Origin: Candidatus Oxydemutatoraceae bacterium
GTDB lineage: Bacteria > Pseudomonadota > Gammaproteobacteria > Poriferisulfidales > Oxydemutatoraceae
DNA: 64,000 nucleotides
NCBI GenBank assembly: GCA_965219575.1
Contig: OZ244779.1
Span: forward strand, 1,228,769 to 1,292,768
Direction of reading: 5' to 3'
The notes under the pieces are model-generated. The model did no database searches. It saw nothing but the letters and a program-made list of their open reading frames with translations, and was not told where the DNA came from. The position numbers were made by a program, and so were the translations under genes. Of this stretch, positions 27,301 to 36,300 are shown in pieces (the first letter of the stretch is position 1; each line of letters starts with the position of its first letter).

Positions 27301-30300
27301 CCAAAGCCGGTGTGCCGCAAGGCTTATTCGGCGGCAATAGGAATCCGAAAGACCAGCTTGCGCCGACTGTCTACACAATTTATTTAAACGAAGACATCGC
27401 CGCAACCAATGTGACTTTGGGAGAGAGTAAGCGCACCGCCGAACTTCAATCACCGACGAGTGCCACCGGCATCTATACGAGTTGGAGTAGCGATAGCTGG
27501 GATTTCGGCACTGCCGAGCACTATCCGGCGATCAAGTATAATTTGCGTGCCGACTCTACCGATGGTGATGCACATTGTGATGCGGCGGACATTCAAAAAC
27601 GTCCCGGTGCGTGTCGCACTTTGCTTCGTCATCAGGGCAGCCTGTTGCGAGACTTAAAATTATCCGAAGGCGCAGGTTTGTCTAGTCCTTTTGTGTATAC
27701 ATCGTTTGATTACGGTATATCGGTCAATGCCGATCTGAGTACCATTCGTATGTTGCCGACCGCATTTAATAGGGCAGCGACGATCGAGGTCTTTAAGGAT
27801 GACAACGCAATAGGAGAAACCGACGGTGGTGAATGGACGGTGCCGATACCGTTGAACGGCTTTGGCGATACGGTCGTCGGTTTGGTCGTAAAAAACGGCA
27901 AACGGCATTCGTACCGATATCGATTCGTCGTCAATCGACTCGACATCGTGGCTCAAAGCATAGACGAAGACGACGACGGATTAATAGATATTAGCAACGC
28001 AACACATTTGAATGCCATCCGTCACCGCCTGGACGGCAGTGCCTATCAACAAAGCGGAACCGCCGATGCGATCTATTGTTCCGGCGGCTGCACGGGGTAT
28101 GAATTGACCGCCGACATAGACCTTGCCGGGATTTCTTGGCAGCCCGTAGGTACTTTTAATAAACGGTTCAACGGTGTATTCAAAGGCAACGGCCATACGA
28201 TTTCCAATTTGACCATAAAGGCAGGCAATACCAATCAGGTAGGTTTATTCGGAGCAATCGGAAAGCATGGCAGAGTTGAGAATCTCGGTCTGGTGAATGT
28301 CGATATCATCGGACAGAGTAATGTCGGCACCGTCGTCGGCTACAACTTCGGTACGATCATCAATAGCTATGCAGCGGGTAAGCTCTTAGCTACGGTCAAC
28401 GACGGTGGTGGTTTGGTCGGTAGAAACAAAAGCGGCACGATCGTCAACAGCTATGCGAATGTTGGCGTACAAGTGAATAATGATCGCGCCGGCGGTTTGG
28501 TCGGTTGGAATGAAATAGGTGGCTCTATCGTTAATAGTTATGCAGTCGGTGATGTGCAGGCAAGTAATAGAATTGCCGGCGGTTTGGTCGGTAATAATAG
28601 TGCAAGAATTCACACGAGCTATGCAGTCGGTGATGTACGGGCAAGTAATGGCAGTGCCGGAGGTTTGGTAGCATCATCCATAGCCGAACATACGGTTGCC
28701 GATAGTTATTACAGAGAAAGTGCGGTTATCTCCGGGACCGATTCACTGATCGGCACCGATAAAACTATGATGGAACTTGAAGCCGGTGTGCCGTCGAATG
28801 ATATCTATACCGGGTGGGATAGAGCCGATTGGCACTTCGGTAATGCAAATCAATATCCGGTCTTGCTTTATGTGGCAGGCGACGATAAGAATAATCGTTC
28901 TTGCGCAACATCACCGACCGATATGAAATTACCGACCTGCGGAACCTTGCTACCCGAACAACGCACCGGGCTGGTTCAAATGGAACTTTCAAAGAGTGTC
29001 CGCTTGCTTCCGGCATTTAATCCCGAGATATACGACTATTATGTGGTCGTCGATTCGGATTATGAGTTTCGTACCACACCGACCACCTATTACGATACCG
29101 ACACGATTACCGTAGACGCAGCCGGTTCGAGTTTATCGACAAGTAGCGGGCAAGGCTTATTGTTCACTCCGGACGACAATTTAGACGGCATTGTAATTAC
29201 GGTGAGATCCGTAAATCGTAATGTGCCGACACGCTATACGATTAGAGTATTGCGCAATATTGCGGTAGCGGACGGTTTGATACTGATCGATTATCTGGAC
29301 GACTTGAACCTAATGCGTAATCCTTTAGAGCAGATATCCGCTGTCTTAAAGGACTGTCCTATAGATACCGTAGACAATGTGAGGCGATGCGGAGGCTATA
29401 AACTGACCGGAGATTTGGACTTTAACAACCCCGCCAGTTACCGTGCCGGTGTGATCAGCCCGATATGGACGATCGGTGCAGGTTGGCAACCGATAGGAGA
29501 CAGCAACAGTCCTTTCGGTGATTTATTCATCGGAGATTCATACACGATATCAAATCTTAGATATCGCGGTAATGCTTCCGGCGATGTCGGTTTATTCGGT
29601 ACTGTGGCGAAAAGTGCGAGAATTGAGAACATCGGCTTACTCGCCGTGGATATCGATGTTAGGAGTAGGAAAGATGCCGGTGCGTTGGTGGGTAGCAACC
29701 TAGGTGTAATCGTCAATAGCTATGTGATAGGGGGTTCGGTACGAAGTACTAAGAGTGCCGGTTTAATAGGCGGTCTAGTCGGTAGGAATCTAGGTGCAAT
29801 CGTCAATAGTTATGCGTATGTTGATGTGAGAGCCGATAGTGTCGGTGGTGGTTTGACCGGTAGTAGCGAATCGGGTTCGAGGATCTACAACAGTTATGCA
29901 AGCGGTACGGTTAGCGGACTGATTTATGCGGGCGGTTTAGTAGGAAGTGCAGCTGCCGATATTCGCAATAGCTATGCGAATAGTCGGGTTAGCGGAAATA
30001 TATATATAGGTGGTTTAGTCGGTAATAGTAACCGAGCGATTATCACCAATAGTTATGCCGTCGGTACCGTATCGGGTCCGCTTACCGGTGGATTAATGGG
30101 TCGAGGTGATAGCAGATTTAATATGAGTTATTGGGATACTGTCACGAGTGGCGTGCCGGACGACGGAGACGATGCTACCGGTATCGGCAAGACGACCTCG
30201 GAGCTTCAAACACCGGCGATCGGAGAGGGAATTTATCGCAACTGGAACAGCGACGATTGGTATTCCGAGGTCGGTCAATATCCGATTGTCAGATTTACCA

Positions 30301-33300
30301 GTGCGACCGATATAATCACTCGTCCGGCGTGCCGAACAACCGCAGATGCCGATAGCAAACTGCCGGTGTGTGGAACTTTGTTGCCGGTACAACGTCGCAT
30401 CGGTTTAAGAAGTTTGGCACTTTCAAATAACGCCGGTCAGGTTTTTCTATTGAGCCCCGACTTTCATTCCGGGGTATATCGTTACGAGTTGATAGTAAAA
30501 AGCGATGCGCGCGAGTTCAGTGTTATTCCGCATACATTTAACTCGGAAGCGATGATCGTGATCAGCGATAAAAGTGGAACCAAAAAACTACGGAGCGGTA
30601 ATACGCTTAGTATAATAATAGACAATCTCGACAATTCCTTGTTGACACTGATAGTAGATGAACCTCCGACATCTATGACTACGCAAACGACGACCTATCG
30701 TTTCGAAGTCATCAGACATCCCCTTATTACCGTCAACGATATAGACGAAGACGACGACGGTTTGATCGAGATTCGTAGCGTAGACGATTTGAATGTAATG
30801 CGTTATCAGCTGGACGGTAGCGGTTATAAGACGAGCCGCGACGATATCAAAATCACCGAAGGGTGTCCCGAGACCGGTTGTATAGGTTATGAATTGGCGC
30901 AAGATATAGATGTTAGCGACGCAATGCGTTTTGCCGACTGGCAGCCGATAGGATATATCGCACCGAGCGGCGATGCCGATGAATGTAATCATCCGAGTAA
31001 TCGGTGCTTTAGCGGGATATTCGACGGCAACAATCATACCATTTCAAATCTGCGCATCGATAAGAGCGATACCGACAATGTCGGTTTGTTTGCGGCATTA
31101 GCCGACGGTGCGCAGATCAGAAATGTTAATCTGGCGAATGTGTCGGTCGAGGGTCGCTTCGGTGTCGGAAGTCTGGTCGCCTATAATGCCGGGGAGATAG
31201 ACAACAGTTATGCCGATGCTATGGTGGTCGGAGAACATGATGTCGGGGGATTGGTTGCCTACAATGTCGGTCGGATTTCCGATAGTTATGCTTACGGTGC
31301 GGTATCGGGCGGTTCTTCGGTCGGCGGTTTGGTAGCTCGTAACAAAAACGATGGGGTGATTGCAAACAGCTACAGCTTGAATCGTGTATCGGGCAGTGAT
31401 AGTATCGGCGGGTTGGTCGGTTTGAATCTCGGTTCTATTGCGAACACTTATGCCAGCGGTGTTGTCGAGGGAAACACGCGCATCGGTGGTTTGGCCGGTG
31501 ACAACGGCGGTGCGGTCGGCAATAGTTATGCGACGGCGAATATCGTATGTACGGGCGTGCCTGTATGTGCTTCGTATACGATTGCTACGGGAGGGCTAAT
31601 CGGTCGCAATGTCGGTGGTCATGTAGCAAATAGCTATTGGGATACCGGTGTGAGTAAGCTACGAATATCGGCCGGCGGTGTCGGCAAGACTACCTTGCAA
31701 CTACAATCGGGCACAACTCAATCGTCGGATGCAAGCGGAGCGTATTACCGGTGGGGCGATAGCGACTGGCATTTCGGCAATGCATATCAATATCCTATTC
31801 TCAAATATACCGATAGCACCGAAAGCATGCTTGTCGGTTTGCAGTCTTATGGTTTGACAAGTTTGGCAATCGCAGAGGTTGTAAAGCTATCCCCGAACTT
31901 CGATACGACTAAATTGTATTATCGCGTCGGCGTAGAATTGGATACCGATATAAGGAAATTACATTTGATACCGGATGCATCGGATAAAGATGCAACCATT
32001 CGTATCTTCAGCGATAACGGTTTTGACGAGACGGTTGAAACCGGCACCGGCAGTTCGGCGATTGTGTTGCGCTCGACCGGCACAACGGTGATTAACATCG
32101 AAGTCTCGGGAGCACGGCGCGTCCTATATCGCTTTGAGGTAGATTATTTCTCTTCCGGTCTCGAAAAGGATGTCGATACCGACAAAGACGGATTGGTAGA
32201 TGTTCTAACATTGGAAGATTTGGATGCGATACGCAATGCGCTCGACGGCAGACGATTGAGATATCAAAACGCCGACGGTGTATCGATAGAAAGTGCCAAA
32301 GGCTGTCCGGTTGCCGGTTGCAAGGGCTATGAGTTGATGCGAGACTTGGACTTCGATAATCCGGCACATTACCGAGCGGGTCGTGTCAACACGGCATGGA
32401 CCGGCGGGGCAGGCTGGCAGCCGATAGGTACATCGCGACATCCGTTCACGGCAACATTCAAAGGCAACGGCTATACGATTTCTAATTTGAGAGTGAATAG
32501 ACCGAATAGCGACTATATCGGGCTGTTCGGTGTCATAGACGGTAGCGAAAGCGATGTCGTAATAGAGGGTCTCGGTTTAACCGATATCGATATAGTCGGA
32601 GGCGCGCATGTCGGCGGTCTGGTCGCTACTAACCGAGCGGGCGACATTCGCCGAAGTTATGTCACCGGTTATGTGGTGGCAAGAGGCAACGGCACCTCGG
32701 CAATCGTCGGCGGTCTGGTCGGTAGTAATGTTGCCGGTTCCATCACCGAATCATACTCGGAGACACAAGTGAAAGGCAGTCTATCGGTCGGGTTATCGGT
32801 GGCACCGGCAGGTGGTTTGGTTGCCCTAAACGATAATCGTGGTCGCATCGAGAATAGCTATGCGGTGGGGTCGGTAATCGGTTGGGACACTATCGGTGGT
32901 TTAGTTGCCGTTAATCAAGGTTCCGGCGAAATCATCAACAGCTATGCGGTGAATAGGGCTATAGCCATCGGAGCGAGGTCTAAAGTAGGTGGCTTGGTTG
33001 CCGTCAACGATGCGGTGGTCGACGATAGTTATTGGGATGTAGAAGTCAGCGACATCGCAGCGAGTGCCGGCGGCACTTCTGCGACCACGGCAGTACTCCG
33101 ATCATCGACACCAACCTCGCCGATCAATAGTATCTATAAAGACTGGGATGCCGATGTATGGGAGTTTGCAGATGCGAGTCGTTATCCCGAACTGAAAGCC
33201 ATTGCCGATGTGCCGCTACTTGCTCCCGAAGGAAAGAGTCTGCTGCAAAGTCTGACCCTATCGAACAATGTTCGGTTATTCCCGTCTTTTCATCCGCTCG

Positions 33301-36300
33301 TTTTCGACTACGACCTTATAGCCGAGTCCAGCCGAATAACCGAAGTACAAGCCGATACCACATCGACACGGGTAGGCACGACTATAAATATTGCTTGTCG
33401 CGATGGTTTGATATGTTCGTCGGGTATCCCGACATCGTTCGTATTAAACGGTAGCGACACACCGCAAATTACGATAACAACGCATAATCCCGATGCCGGC
33501 GAATTGTCGTATAACTTCTCGGTACGTTACCACGAACTAACAATTGAACGAATGACGGCAATGAAAACGACAATCGTGCCACTATCGTTGTCGGTAGCCG
33601 AGGGCGAGCGTGTTCGTTTGATAGCTTCTTATGATTTCGGTTTGAGTGCGGATTTGTATCACTATAGGTGGCGACAATCGGCAGGTGATGCGTTAAGGTT
33701 TGACGATACGCGATCGCCGGTTGACACGCAAAATGCAATGTTGGATTTTACGGTACCCGACGATGTAGTGTCTAAGCAGGATGATAGCCGCGTCGTTCAG
33801 TTGACGGCAGAAATCGGTGTCGGCGACATGTATATAAGCAGAGCGATATCACTGATAATTTCCAAAGCGAACAACGACACTGCCGATCGTATTCGCTTGC
33901 TCAAAGATAACGATAAACCATACACTTATACCGTTCGATTTGAAAGAAGAGACGGTAGCGAGTTTGTAGACCGCGACGGAGGTTTTGCCGAAACCCGTAT
34001 ACACTGGCAACGTCGTCGTAGCGAGACAAAAGATTGGGTCGATGTCGGGAGCGGATCTCCGTATACCATTCCCGACCAAGGTGCTTATCAATATCGCGCA
34101 CTTGCTCTATACGAAGACAATCAAGGTTATCGTGAGCAACTGGCATCCGGAGTCATAAACTATTTAGACATAGACGACGACGGCGACGGTTTGATAGAGA
34201 TTCGTTATTTGGAAGAGTTGAATGCGATACGTTATCAGCCGGACGGCAGCGGCTATAAAGCAACCGCAACTGTGGATAAGATCACTACGGGTTGTCCTTT
34301 GGTCAACGGTATCGAACAATGCCGAGGCTATGAATTGATGAACGACTTGGATTTCAACGACAATGCAAGCTATCGGAATCCAATTACCCGCACCGCACTC
34401 AAGAACAGTTGGACGGTGAGCTATTTCACCGATGCAAGCGATTCGGGTTGGCAGCCTATAGGTGGGTTTGATGCCTTATTTAACGGCAACGGTTATACGA
34501 TATCGAATATGCAGATAAACCGTAGCGTCGGCAATACAAACAGTATAGGTCTATTTTCCCAAATAGGCGTAGTCGGAAAGGTTAAGAACTTGGGATTGAT
34601 AGATCCGGCGATCAAAGGCTTGGTCGGTATCAAAAATGTAGGCGGCATCGCCGGCAGAATTGAACGCGGCGGGATCATCATGAATAGCTATGTGGTCGGA
34701 GATGTCGGAGCGGGGAACACCGATAAAATAATAAGGGGTGATGTCGGATTCGGTAGCGGTATAGGCTTCATAGGCGGGATGGTCGGCTGGAATAAAGGTC
34801 TTATACTCAATAGTTATGCAAAGATCAATGTGATTGCCGAAGACTCCGGAACACTTGCAAACAAGCGTGTCGGAATAGGTGGTTTGGTCGGTAGGAACAT
34901 AGACGGCGGCAAGGTGTATAGCAGCTATGCGACCGGTGAGGTGAAAGGTCCTTGCATCGTCGGTGGTTTGGTGGGCAATCAGTTTTCCACCAACCCAAAT
35001 GAATTATTGACCCGCAGCGAAATCAAAAACAGCTATGCGACCGGCAATGTAGAGACCGGGTTCGGGACGTGCGTAAACTCAAACAACAAATTTGCCGGTG
35101 GTTTAGTCGGCTTTAATAATAGTTCAAGGATTGAAAAGAGTTATACACTAGGTGAAGTTCTCGGTAGCGGCACACGCGCCGGTTTGGTTGCCGGCAGGTT
35201 TCCCGGCGGCAACACTTCTATTGCAAACCCGGACAATAGTTATTGGAACTTTGATGCCAATTCCAATTGTATGAATACTTCTGACGGTCTATTTTGTTAT
35301 GATTTGGGGGTTACTACAAATTATCCGGATGCAAGACTTGAGGATAAGCTCAGATCTGCCACCGGGCCGAATATTAACGATTTGTCATGTATAGATAGTA
35401 GCAATGGCATCTATACTTGTGAGACCTATACGAGTTGGAATACTGCCGATTGGGATTTCGGTACCGGTTTGCAATATCCGGCACTCAAATACGGGGTCGG
35501 ATTGGATAAAGATGACCCGGGTTGCGACACCGATCCCGAGACCGAGTTGCCGGGTTGTAATGCTTTATTGAGCGGTCAGATTGCCGATACGCTTTTGTTG
35601 GATCGGCTGAGTATATCCGCCAATTCGAGGGCTGTGCGGTTGACCCCGAACTTCATGCCGAGTAGGTTTAACTACGAAGCGGTGATTGAAGCCGAGACCG
35701 CACCGGTGCTTATAAAAATTGCCGGCCGTGTCGACAAAGATACCGCAATAACGCTTCGTAGAGACGGTGGTGAACCTTTGATTAAACAATCGGACGGCAC
35801 CGTGCAGATTAGTACGAATGATTCATTCAATCTCGGTATTAAGACCGCAAGCGGAGATGAGCGGACGGCACACTATCGAATACAAGTACATTTAAGTTAT
35901 TTGCCGCAACCGAGAATACTCAATGTAATCGACGGGAGTACCCCTGCCGAATTAGTCAAAGGAAATATCCTTAGCTTAAACGAGGGGGATGTCGTCCGCC
36001 TCGATGCCTCGGAGAGTTTCGGGTCGAACAATTCGCGGTTGGATTACCGATGGAGTCAAGTATCGGGGAAACCGTTGCTGCCGAGGATACAAACCACATC
36101 TACCGTAAAGTTTACGGTGCCCACCGATTTTGTCGCCGCAGACGAGGACGATAGCACGGTGATCCTACAACTGGAGCTGAGCGAAAACAACAATCCACTA
36201 ACTGCCGTAAGTAGAGAAGTATTGTTGCTGGTGAGAAAAATCAATAACGGCAATGCCGAGAGTAATGCGAAATGGATCAGTAGCGATATGCTTTCGGCAG

